DNA of 63,719 nt, the filler included, from Octopus bimaculoides (lineage: Eukaryota), in NCBI RefSeq assembly GCF_001194135.2. It is 4 parts of 4 records of this genome, joined end to end, with 100 filler letters (N's around TTAATTAATTAA, not from the genome) between each part and the next. Parts side by side here need not be neighbours in the genome. Positions count along the whole stretch, not along the records: positions 1 to 31,502 come from NC_069007.1; 3 more parts are not named here. One strand, written 5' to 3'. The first letter of the stretch is position 1. The number at the start of each line of letters is the position of its first letter. Position numbers and translations under genes: made by a program. Shown in pieces: positions 1 to 13,541 of the stretch. Under the pieces are notes generated by a model that saw only the letters and a program-made list of their open reading frames with translations, had not been told where the DNA came from and ran no database searches.

Positions 1-1
1 A

Positions 2-45
<44 letters not shown>

Positions 46-494
46 TTTACATATATGTACATACTTCATCTATACGTATATATGCATATGTGGGCACAGG
101 ACGTCATGAAATGTGTACAACAAAAAATACGATGTACAAGTGCATGGAATATGAACTATTTTTTCGTACAATGTAAGACAAAAATGGAAAACCAGAAAAA
201 CAACATAAAGGACGACCCTTCATCAGTTGTTGGCTGTTTTTCTACCCTCGTATTTCGAGTATTTAACAGCAATATACGCTTTCGATAAAATAGATTCCCC
301 CGTAAAGCAAATTAAATAGAATTTGGGATTTTGCAGAGGGTAAAAATTGGTAACAGAAATAGGACAATGAAAACAAACAGGAGGGGGTGCTAAGCCTAAA
401 CGAGGTCGTGGTGCCGAACGTGTAAATCAAGCTTGGACAGGTGATAGACAAGAACACGTCTTCTTTGTTCCAGCTACAGCGGAGAGAAAGAAAG

Positions 495-592
<98 letters not shown>

Positions 593-1301
593 GCGAGAGT
601 ATTGTAGTTCGCTTGAAGCATTGTGTTTTGTTCGTGTCTTTTTGCTTGTGATGTTCCCTACAATTGCTTGACAACCTGTTCCTTTTCCTGTGTCCCCGTC
701 ACTTAGAAGCTCGCAAAATGAGGTCATTAGAATAAGCACCAGACTGTAATCGATCTATTTGACTAAATCCTTCAAGGCGGTTCCCCGGTATGACCGCACT
801 CCAGCAAATGTAAGAAGTAAAAGATAATAAAAGATAAGTGATTTTCATCCTGGCAACCAGTGCCGCTTCGGCCTTTCGGGTATAACAATACTTCAAAGGA
901 AAAGACGTGGATCCATATCGAAATATTGTGCTGTATATAATTCTTGAGAAGGTGTGCATATTACCTTATATGTGTATGTTCATGTATACAGTGCCTTTAT
1001 CAACGGATCTCAGTTTGGTCAAAACACGAGTGTTAATTTTGCGTATTTATACAACACACGTTTCTTACATTATTATAGTAACGGGAATCTGATGAGAACA
1101 GAATTAATTCAAGGCAACTGAAATAACATCACATGATGAATAAAATGTAATCGCTTGAATATAAATCATAAACTGAGACTGCATATGCAATGATGATATA
1201 AGCTGAAGTGAATAATTCGGATCTAATGCAAGAATAATACTTCGCCCAAGATTTTAGAAATGCACTCAATGAACAGTAAATGCTCGAGTGTGTATGGTTG
1301 A

Positions 1302-1405
<104 letters not shown>

Positions 1406-2552
1406 TTTTATTCTTTTATTCTTTACTTGTTTCAGTCATTTGACTGTGGCCATGTTGGAGCATGGAGCACTACCTTTAGTCGAGCAAATCGACCCCATGA
1501 CTTATTCTCTGTAAGCCTAGTAGTTATGATGTGGGAAGATGGATTAAACGACATTCTTTCTTCCAGTATACAACAATTGTTTCTATGTATCACCACACAC
1601 TTAGTACCTTGTTGTGATTATGTTATTACCATATTAGGTAATTACTAGCATCTATCAAAAGTATAAATGCATAAAACGTGTTACTTCCGTTTGATCAGAA
1701 CGCCTGACCATCAGGAAAAGGGGCCACGCCTTTGTAGTCGTCGTGATCATCATCATCTACAACAACAACAACAGCAGCAACATCAGCATAAATACCATCA
1801 TCAGCTCGTAAGTCCCAGGAAATATTGCTGGACTAGCATTTTCTCAGAGTATAACCATTCAACATCATGACAATCGTCTGAAGATGAGGGCCAGTGCGAT
1901 GCTAGGATTAGACATTTGCAGATGAGCGCAGCAGAAGAACGTGAAGAGAAGTGTTTTATTTTCAAGAACACATCGTAGTGTCGAGCTGAAAATCGAAACC
2001 ACGAACTTCCCAATGCCACGCACCTGCCACCATGCAATGCGACTAATGTCCAAATAGTTCATTCATTCTGAAGCAGGAAACTTCTATTCAAAAACCAACT
2101 CAATCCTCATTCTCAAGCGCTGGAGATCCACAATATATATTTATACAACATCCACATATGTGAACATACATTTTCATATATCTGTGAGTGTGTGTATGTG
2201 CGTATATAATACATAGATATGTAATTATATATATACACATATTGTGGTACTCGAACGTACATCTAGCTCTGAATGTACGGATGTATGGGTGTGTTTCTAT
2301 GTATGTGTTCCTATTTCTTTCAAGCCAATGGTTCAATATTCACGGATCAGTGATGAGAGAATGAGGAATTAAATCTACTGAATACAATCGTCTTGATGCA
2401 ATAAATAGCAAATGTTATTTCGATTCTTGTATACCAACCAATATAATGTCATTATTTCACCAATGCATTTTAGCTTTCCATCACATATTCGCCGTCTTCC
2501 CTCGAATTAGTAGAGATATCCGTCTACTTACAATTCTATATACATACATACA

Positions 2553-2592
<40 letters not shown>

Positions 2593-2682
2593 CATACAGA
2601 ATTACGCACCCACACACACACAGACATTATANNNNNNNNNNNNNNNNNNNNNNNNNNNNNNNNNNNNNNNNNNNNNNNNNNN

Positions 2683-2747
<65 letters not shown>

Positions 2748-5700
2748 GATAGTTATATAGATATATATATATACAAACATATATATATGTAATCGTATGG
2801 TTCATCAAAGCTAAATCCATAAATATGTTGGAGAAGGCCTCTGAGTCAATGAAAAGATAACTTGCATTCTTTATGGTAGAGAACCCGCCATATTTATTCA
2901 TTCGCTGCTTTGTGGTCTCTGGAGATATAATGAGTTTTGCTGATGCGTTTTTAATTTTAACGAAATAAGTAAATGAATGGATGAAGACATTAAGATAGAA
3001 GAAGCAGTTAAAGTGAGGAAGGAAAGTATGAAAGAATATAATTTGGAAATTGAAAGACAAAAGAAGGAAAATTAAGAAGCCGAGAAAGGAAGATAAAGAA
3101 ACGATCGTTCTATTTCCAGAAAGAATAAAAGAATCAATGCAGTTAATAAGATGGAAGAAAAGTCTGAGAAAATAAGGTTGAACGAAACAATATATGACGA
3201 GAATGAAGGGATAATAAACAAAGCAGGCGAGAAACAAATACATGAAAATGAATATATATATATAATGAGCGAATGAAAAGGAATCTACGAAATAGTTAAT
3301 GTCCGGAAGAAATGAGAGAGAGAGAGAGAGTGAGAGAGAGAGGAAGGGGGGGGGATGAGATAGAAATAAAAGTAAGAAGAATAGAGATAGAAGAAACGAG
3401 AAGTAAATAGAAATGAGCTTTGGAGAATATTCCAAAGAATGAAAAGAAAACCAAAAGGTAGAGGATTCTCGAGATTCGTAAATTTTGCTTTACCTTGCAC
3501 TACGACGTATTGATTTGAAAATATGCCTCATCTCGCTTTTTGGGCTGTTTAACTATCTTTCCTTATAGAATTGCTCCACATTTTGGCGTAGAACTAAGGA
3601 TTTATAGGGAAAGAAGGTCAGTCGATTACACTGACATCATTAAGTGCCGAGTAATTTAAGGCTGCGAAGATGCGACTATTTTAACAGCATCTGTACTTTT
3701 GCCCCTGTTTAGTCAAAAGTCAATGCATCTACAAAAATTGTCAGGGTTTGTGTTTTGATACGTAAAGAATTATGACTAAATTCTAGGATATCAAAAGAGA
3801 AGAATAGTATAAACAAGCGACATTTTATTTGGCGTATCACGAATCCCCTTTTTGCTTAGGAAACTTTATAAATCACAAATACCATTTGCTTAAGTTCATC
3901 CAGTATCTTGACCACTACTGAATTTTGATGACACCGGAATAATATGAGGCAAGGCTGATCCCAGTAGCTTATGAATTTAGAATGTAGATATTTGCTATTA
4001 ACAGCCAGCGGATATCTGATAATTTCACAGCATTATTTATCTACATAACTCGGGCGATCTGGTCGATGTGATAAAGCTTCTGCTAAAGCGCTATATAATA
4101 CTTGTTTCTGCTTATTTCTAATTCGACAAAGTTTACTGTGGTTTGATAAATAAAATTAACAAAATTTTATTACTGAAATAACTAATCTCCCATATTTTCT
4201 AGTTCTGTAATCCCTTTCTTCTCTCTGGATCATCTATGGGGGGGGGGAGGAAACGAAAATTCGCCCCTGGCCAATCCAATCTTTTCACAGCCATTATGTA
4301 AACATCTTACCTATATCATCTATGAAAGCATCAACTTTTTTCTAGTGTTCTACGAACTCCAGTTATACGCAGCATTGTATACGTATTGACATTAAACTTT
4401 TAAAAATTAATTATGAAGAGCAGAATTCGTTGCGTCAGTGTATTACGATTAGGTACTTACATAAAATTCCATTTCGGTGAGATTTGATATTTCTGCTTTC
4501 CAACGTCGATAAAATGTCTACTCTTATCGCGCTTGTCGTTCTTTACCGCTTATCACCAGCAGTTTAACCTTGAATCAATAGACGTAGATGATCCGTAGCG
4601 TTCTACTCAGGATTAATTTCCATTGCAAGCGGGCATTGCGCATTTAAAAGTACATTGCACAAAATATTCAACTCCTTCTATTAAAGATGTTGCAATACAA
4701 TCGAAGTAGGTTTTTTTTTCTTTCTATTTCTATCATGTCGAGAAGCCTTGTAGAAATGGTCTTAGAAATGAAATACTTACTACTTAGAAATAATATACAG
4801 GTTTTGATTTAATAATCTACGGTGAAAATTTCCCAGAATGGGATTTATTCTTTTGCCAATGCTGGAAATCAATATTTTTCTCAAGTTTTGCAAAATATCT
4901 GTAGTTTATATTCTGTATACAATTATTGCAAGCGAGGCAAGAGATTTTTACATTGACAAAGTCATTAATTTGAATATTTCATTTCTGTCTCAGCAGGTCA
5001 GCCTGTCACAAACCTGGTGAAGATCTTGAAATTAATCTTGAATTTCTTGTAATCTTAGCATTTTTTCTTCCAATTCGATGATAGTTTCTCACCATGGTGC
5101 AAATATATTCTACAACTAGGGAACATATCAGTGTATTTTTGACAGATAATTTGATGTAAAGACGAAATACATGTGAGCTACACACCGCTGTATCAGTATT
5201 CAGTCGTGAGCTGCATATAACAATAGGTTTTATATTAATATATAGCAGAACAATACATACTGAAATCTCCATTTTTTTTTCTTTACGGTTTACTTACAGA
5301 ACGAAGGACGGTGTTTATGACGTCTTAAAGTGCTTCTGGGACTGACAGAGAGCGGCGAACTATGATGCATGGTTTGCCGTATGAAGAAGCATTGCCAATT
5401 ATCCACATCTACATCGACGTATTGACTTGAGAACTTGCAACGTAATTGATTCCAGTAAAGTCACAGAAGGCATAGGTGGAGGTTTAAACAGGGTAACTAA
5501 AACCCTACAGCTTCCGAACAAAAAAAAAAAAAAAACAGTCATCACTGGAACGGCTCCAGTACAATTGCTGTCTACAAAATTTCACCGACTAAATATTAGG
5601 CCATGTCCAGGTTACGATAGTGGTGACATATCCAAAATTAAGCGCTGTGAGATCGAATCCTGAATTATACCACTGGGAAGACATATCACCCATCACACGT

Positions 5701-6177
5701 TTATATCGCGACTCTTATGCACCCCAACCCATTAACAGCTTTCCCAGGACAACTGCCTCAATGAACGGAAAGCACAAATAAATAAATACTAATAAAAGTA
5801 ATTAGAATGTTACACGCATACTTTTATTAATTGTTAGCAAGGACACAGTATTAACGTTTAATATTAACGAATGCGAAGGCGGTTAACTGTTAGAATTCTC
5901 AGTACTCCGGACAAAATACTTAGCGGCATTTCGTCCGTCTTTACGTTTTCAGTTCAAATATAAATAAAATGTCAAACGTTTTCATGCGTAACTTCTGATG
6001 CAATGTATGTATAGTTACGAGTTTGCGCTGAACTGAAAAGTTCATAGCCTGACTATAAACAAGTGACCCTAGAGACTTTTGCATGCATTAATTTCAACAC
6101 ATTTATTAATACTTGCTTTGGTTCGTTGCGGATAAACTGATGACTTACTGTACACAGAAGGCTTCAGAGGCAAATAG

Positions 6178-6395
6178 AAGTGGGTAAAATTTGGCATTGT
6201 GGTGTTATTAAGTGTTATTAAGCAGAAAAACAAAATGAGCTTCCAAGGACATTCCAGCTGATGTTGTTGATATATTAGAGGAAGACGCTCCGGCATTTGC
6301 AATCATGCAGAAATGGGCAGCTGTAATTAGGAGAGGAAGGGAGAAGCCTTGAAGATGACCCGAGGTTTGGACGTTATGTGACTATTACAGAAGGG
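6178..6395 (+). mobile_element. Mariner transposase N-terminal (HTH) fragment
   Basis: SKDIPADVVDILEEDAPAFAIMQKWAAVIRRGRE / SLEDDPRFGR resembles the mariner consensus KDIHADM...[31 protein letters not shown]; one frameshift. Confidence 0.72.
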
Positions 6396-7579
6396 AAATA
6401 TTCTTTTCTACGCTAGGCACAAGACCTGAAATTTTAGGGGAGGGGGGCCAGTCGATTATATCGACCGCAATACGCAACTGGTACTTTATTTCTCGACCCT
6501 GAAAGGATGAGAAACAAAATCGACCTCAGAACGTAAAGACAGACGAAATAGCGCTTTGCATATGCGCATCAACCAAATGCCAGAGTGAAGAGGTATTAGC
6601 GAATGCAGTCGATTTAGCTCTGAATGTATGCACGTTTTTTCCAGTTTGTATTAGACAGACATACAACCTGAACATATCTGTGCACTCACAAATCTCTCTC
6701 CGTTGTGTTTCCCTCTGCCACACACACCTGAATCACACACAATCTTCAGCACATAAACGCACACGAACATATAGAGATACACACACATACAGCTATATCA
6801 ATTCGAGGAACAGATTTCTGTGCCGGTTTCGCATATTTGATAACATACTAATCATTATCTGTAGCGTTCTAATGTGTTATCAACGTCTTTTTTGTCAGCC
6901 TATATTCCTTGGAAAGAAATGCTGACTGTATGTAATATTTCAGAAGTTTGCAACTTTTATTTACTTATTATTTTTTAACGAAGCTCTTATCTCAGATATA
7001 TGGAAATATATTCATTTATATCTACATATATTCACATATTGACTTAGAGTACTCTGGCTGCTTCAATATTTTCTGTCTTATTTTAAATAAGAAAAAAATA
7101 TAAGAAGCGAAGCAAAAATCTCGTTAATATACTTTTTGAATCTTATTACTTATATAACAGCGTTTCGAATTACAAATGCACACACACGCGCACAGACACA
7201 CACAAGCATTCATTCATTCATTCACATGCACACACACGTACGTTTATATGCACATATATTCACATATGTGAGTGAGAAATGTACATGTGATATTTTCTCG
7301 TAAATTTTTTTTTCTTTCAAATGTAAATTACCCAGAATTCCAAAGAGAATATATGCATATATGCATGTGTTATATATACGCTTTCATGCGCCCACACATG
7401 CAAATATGCACACAGCCAAAATAAGTGTGCGTGTGTGCATATATATATACATATATATATATTTATATATACATACATATATTATATATATATATATATA
7501 TAAATAAACGTATATAAATATATACGTATATATATAAATACATACATACATACATATATGCATAAATATACACATATGT

Positions 7580-7617
<38 letters not shown>

Positions 7618-7723
7618 GTATATAAATATATACGTATATATATAAACATAAACGTATATAAATATATACGTATATATATAAATACATACATATATACATA
7701 TATGTATATGCATAAATATACAC

Positions 7724-7819
<96 letters not shown>

Positions 7820-8610
7820 ACATATGCAAGTAAGTGTGCATGTGTGTGTATGTATGTATATTCACATCCTGTTTTTAATTATTTATAGTTATTCTTGTAA
7901 GGAAGGAATTGGTTTCTGACAAAGATACAAAGCTCTCTCATTGGAATGTAGATAAGAAAAACAATGTCACACGTTGTACTTGGAAAAATCTTGCTTACTG
8001 TTGCTCATCCACTCGCAGATTGTATTTGTAATATGCGTGCTAGCTTGTTGATTAATTTTTCTGTAAAATCTTCGCATTTCGAAGTTAACATTCTAGGTAT
8101 TAACTCACAAATTTAAGTGCACATATTATATGTTGTATAAATCTGAATTTATAATCAGTGTATACAAACTAAAGAATTTAAGGCCGATTTTCGCGATTAT
8201 CCCCTATCTCTTTGATTTAAAAAGATATATTCACATATTCGCAGCGTTTCTGATTCCGTTTGGCGTCTTTTACATACTTTTTCTTGTCTGACCCAAACTA
8301 ATCTTTCCGACCTATTTCCACTTGGTAGGAATTCTGATGGAAATGTCCCACCAACATTCCTTGCGTTCATGGTAATGTATGCATTCAGTATCACTGACAA
8401 TCTCAATATCAATAGCAGGACAGTCATCTCTTTCGGATGCCATGTTTGTTGTTTTAAAAGCAAAGCCATATTCCATTGGGTGGAAGTACGTTGGCATGTT
8501 TGCATGCGTTGAAACAAGTATGTATATGTGCGCGTGTCCATGTGCATGTTTATATATACATATTCATACACACGCACACACATATATATATGCTTGTGGG
8601 TGTGGGGTAG

Positions 8611-8862
8611 TGTGTACGATTCACAGACCGGGCTGTGTGTTGTGTTCTTGAGCAAGACACTTTATTTCACGTTGCTCCGTTTCAGTCAGCTGTAGAAACG
8701 AGTTGTGACATCATTGCTGTCAAGATGTATAAGCATTTACCTTTCCCTTGGATAAGACAGGTAGCATTGAGTGGAAGAGGCTGGTATGCATGGGTGACTT
8801 TTGGTCTTCCATAAACAGACTTTCCTAGGTGAAATCCCAAGGCCATTCATGACCGAAGCAAG
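8611..8862 (+). mobile_element. SINE family C copy (5'-eroded)
   Basis: ttgtgttcttgagcaagacactttatttcacgttgctcc...ggtatgcatgggtgact...cattcatgaccgaag matches 22731-23062. Confidence 0.8.
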
Positions 8863-9052
8863 TCTTAATACACCCAATATATATATATATATATAAGTTT
8901 AAAAAAACACAAAAACAATAACAAAATAACAAAAAAGTGAGGACGTGATACGGATAGTGTTATTGGACGCTCGGGAATGGAAAGAGAGAGAGTATGACGT
9001 TTCGGGCGGAGCCCTTCGTCGGAAAGACGGAAAGTTCAAAGANNNNNNNNNN

Positions 9053-9092
<40 letters not shown>

Positions 9093-10765
9093 GTCAAAAC
9101 CGTCTCGGCATTAATAGAAGTCAGTTTATTAAAGTGAATGGAGTACCGCAATAAATTTTAATTAACGAGCAAACGTGCCTATCATATTTTGCAGCTAAAA
9201 CGATAGGATGACCATAGGTAGAATGCTGTTACTCATAGGACACCTCAACAATGACAACAGTAACATCAACAACGATATAAGAATGACTAAAAGCGAGAAG
9301 GTCTAAGAATCTCAATGCATCTCATTCGTGGTGATACTGCTTTAAGGTCGGTTGAGGATGTAAACCTCACTGCCCACAGTAATTTGTTGCTTTGAGAGAA
9401 TTAATGAAGAGAAAATGCTAAAGAAATCCTATAATTAACAGGAAGTATGGCGCTTCTATGACTTTACTTGGCGTAAGTGGACAGAAAAAAGAAACAATCT
9501 GAAAAACACTAAATATGTTTTAAACTTCTAAATGCGATCCAACCCACAAGCATCTTCATTTCGAATGAGTTGTCTAACTTTAAGTGCTACTCAGACATTT
9601 CATATATAACAATCTTCTTCTTCTTCAAACACTCATAATACATACATGTATGTATGTATGTATGTATGTATGTATCTTGCATCTATTTATGTATGTGTAT
9701 ATGATTTTGTTTTATTAATTCTTCACATCCAGTCTGATACTTATTATCCGCATAAGATTTTAAGCAAGAACTTGGTAAATATGGCACCGAAACCATTTTC
9801 ATTAACTTCAAGTTTTCTCTAATATCAGATGTTTCATTTCTTCATTAAAAGACACATAAAAAAAAATATTCAAGAAAGAACGGAGGTCACATAAAGAGAA
9901 AAAAAATGTAATAATAATAATAATAATAATAATGATTAATATAATAAGGACAACAATAATGCTAAAAATATTAACTGGCAGACCAAGTATTTAAGTCATT
10001 TAATGGTCTGAAATTAACTGAACACATAAAAATTGGTTACATTTCACGTTTTATGTCTCTGGGCTCTAGCTATAATGCCGGCAAGGCAGCAGTCAGTATG
10101 CCGCCATTAAAAGGTTAAATCTGTTTTGTATGGATTTGTTAGTTTGTTTTTTTTTCTTCCTTTTCTATTTTCCTCATCGTCTTCGTTTTTTTCATATTTT
10201 AATGAGTAGCTTTCAAATTTCTGTTCATCATCATCATCATCATTAACATTACCATTAGTATTATTATCATTATTATTACTATTATTATTATTATTATTAG
10301 TGTTGTTTTTGTTGTTATAGTTGTTTTCTGCTTCAATTCAGTTTTATATCGGAAATGTCTTTTTTTCTTCGCTCGTTTTCATTCCTTTTCTATTTATTCT
10401 TTTGCTCTTCCTGTAAATGGTTTTCGCTCAACATCCTCAACATTCTAAGAAAACTGACATAGCTGCCGGTTCTGATGGCCGCTACTCGTATCATTAACAA
10501 ATATCTCGCCACTCATTTTCCAATTGGCCGACAGCTATTTGATGCGTATATAGCGACAACATTTATCATATGATGATTAAAACAACCGCCATTTAAAAAA
10601 ATTTTTATGCACATCACTTACGCATATAAATACACATATATTTATCGACATATGCAGATAGATTCATATAAACAAACACACATCAATACAACTATGCATA
10701 CATAAATTCATACATACATAATATATATATACATCCAAACACCAATACACATTCATATATATATA

Positions 10766-10819
<54 letters not shown>

Positions 10820-10985
10820 ATGTATATATACATATGTATATATACATATATATATATATGCATATCTGTATATACACACATACACACACACATATATATA
10901 AACATATATATATATATATAAGTATATTTATATATATATATATAAGTATATTTCTATATGTATGTATACATATATATGCGTACGT

Positions 10986-11029
<44 letters not shown>

Positions 11030-11472
11030 GTATGTATGTGTGTGTGTACGTCTGTTTCAATGCACGTACATAAGTATATATGAAATTTTATCAAATCTCT
11101 TATACAAATGCATTATACTCGAAGCAATGGAAAGTATCGTGAAAATGAAATCTAAATTATCTTTCTTGCTCTCCGTTTTTCTTCTTTCCTCTGACTATCT
11201 CGGCATAAATCTCTCACTCCAAGACTCTTAGAATCTCATTAGAAGAAAACTTTGTTTTATTCGTTTTTATATTTCAATACTAAACACGATACGCTTTACT
11301 TTTCGTTTTGTATTTGCTCTTATTTTTTTTTTTTTTCTAATTCTTCTAAATCTGTGGTTCTGCCAACTACTCTATCATTTTGCTATCATTCATTCGGTTT
11401 CTCAACAAACACCGTCTCACCCAAGTGTCTATTATTCCATATATGTGTGTATGTGTGTGTATGCATATATGT

Positions 11473-11545
<73 letters not shown>

Positions 11546-11657
11546 CATACACAGAGAGATATACAAACATATACATACATTCATATATATATATAGTCAT
11601 ACATACATATGTAGACATGTACATATACATATATATATATATTAAATATATATTTCT

Positions 11658-11818
11658 CTTTTTCATTTATTCATTTCCATGTTTCAGTCATTTGACTGCA
11701 GCAGTGCTGGAGCAGCACCACCTTTTGTCGAACCACTAAGTTACAGGGACATAAAAACACCAACATCGGTTGTCAAGCGATGGTAGGGGTACGAATACAG
11801 ACAGATCGACAAACACAA

Positions 11819-11865
<47 letters not shown>

Positions 11866-12086
11866 NNNNNNNNNNATATATATACATATATATATATATA
11901 CATACATATATACATACATATACATATATACATATACGATAGGCTTTATTCAGTTTCCGTCTACCAAATCCGTTAGGGCTTTGGTCGGCTCGAAGCTATA
12001 CTAGAAGACTTGCCGAAGATGGCACGCAGTAGGACTGCACTGGGAACCATGTGGTTGGAAACAAGCTTCTTACCACACAGCCACAT
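11658..12086 (-). mobile_element. Bipartite SINE family A (tRNA/CORE-like 5' half, internal (TA)n, 3' half related to family B)
   Basis: Head gtggctgtgtggtaagaagcttg at ~12086; ggtagacggaaactgaa; central microsatellite; tail gactgaaaca...(AAAG/ATAA)n. Confidence 0.85.
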
Positions 12087-12199
12087 CTTCGCCTATCTAT
12101 ATGGGTGTACGTGTATACTTGTATCTATTTATATATTAATCTATCTATCAGTCTATCTTAGTGTATCTATTTTTATATAAACATACCATGGACGTTTCT

Positions 12200-12400
12200 C
12201 CTATACTCACCAAATACGTTTTCTCTACAATATATCACACTTTACGGTGAAAAATCCTAATATCTGGAAGCACCTGTCAGTCTTCAGAATTCCACTGACC
12301 AATCCAGCTGTCGTAATATTCCCAGCAATTCTAATATCTCCAAGATAATGTATACAGCCATTAACAACCAAATACTCCATAACATCAAAACACTTCCTGC
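12200..12400 (-). mobile_element. Possible decayed RTE-like RT C-terminal remnant
   Basis: Coding-like frame IHYLGDI...DRCFQIL...*RKRI resembles FxYLGD...WxxFxEL...KGRL; interrupted by TAG at 12225. Confidence 0.3.
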
Positions 12401-12807
12401 TTAGCAACCACCTGTACGGGTTCTGCAATGCAAAATCCTCTGGATATCTGTTTATTTATATGTACTACCACTGGGCTGTTACTTTAGAGAAGTTGTTTCT
12501 CTGGACATCACTCCAAAAATCTCACTTTGTTAATTAAAAAGAATTAAAAAATATTGATAGACATTCACTTGGTAGCGTAGCTGAGACGTCTAGAAATAAC
12601 AACCAAATCTTCATTCAGCCACATCATGATCTCTTTAAAAAATGGATGTTTTGTTAAGGTAGCGTTTTATATATCATGCTGAAATCAAACGATGGAAAGG
12701 GATAAGCACGTGCCTGAAGAGCTTTTGTTCAATGAAGGCTGACATGTGTCAAACAACTGCAGGTACACACCTGCCCTGCCCTCTCCTCTCTCTCTCCCTC
12801 TCTCCCT

Positions 12808-12852
<45 letters not shown>

Positions 12853-13498
12853 AATATATTTGCATTGTAAAATTTAATCTTTCATTGNNNNNNNNNNNNN
12901 NNNNNNNNNNNNNNNNNNNNNNNNNNNNNNNNNNNNNNNNNNNNNNNNNNNNNNNNNNNNNNNNNNNNNNNNNNNNNNNNNNNNNNNNNNNNNNNNNNNN
13001 NNNNNNNNNNNNNNNNNNNNNNNNNNNNNNNNNNNNNNNNNNNNNNNNNNNNNNNNNNNNNNNNNNNNNNNNNNNNNNNNNNNNNNNNNNNNNNNNNNNN
13101 NNNNNNNNNNNNNNNNNNNNNNNNNNNNNNNNNNNNNNNNNNNNNNNNNNNNNNNNNNNNNNNNNNNNNNNNNNNNNNNNNNNNNNNNNNNNNNNNNNNN
13201 NNNNNNNNNNNNNNNNNNNNNNNNNNNNNNNNNNNNNNNNNNNNNNNNNNNNNNNNNNNNNNNNNNNNNNNNNNNNNNNNNNNNNNNNNNNNNNNNNNNN
13301 NNNNNNNNNNNNNNNNNNNNNNNNNNNNNNNNNNNNNNNNNNNNNNNNNNNNNNNNNNNNNNNNNNNNNNNNNNNNNNNNNNNNNNNNNNNNNNNNNNNN
13401 NNNNNNNNNNNNNNNNNNNNNNNNNNNNNNNNNNNNNNNNNNNNNNNNNNNNNNNNNNNNNNNNNNNNNNNNNNNNNNNNNNNNNNNNNNNNNNNNNN

Positions 13499-13541
<43 letters not shown>

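Noticed and set aside
1699-1807. Possible plus-strand poly-Q/H exon (ttgatcag|...CTC|gtaagt)
   Set aside because: Splice-like signals are present, but the content is a (CAA/CAT)n repeat and I found no partner exons.
2602-3435. 277-aa minus-strand F/L/S/I-rich ORF resembling a membrane protein
   Set aside because: Antisense of a purine-rich low-complexity tract and includes (GA)n, (TA)n and Ns; no domain or splice support. The plus-strand K/E-rich frame has stops.
5298-5460. Minus-strand donor gtaagta at ~5297 with an upstream open frame
   Set aside because: No good acceptor and no recognisable protein pattern.
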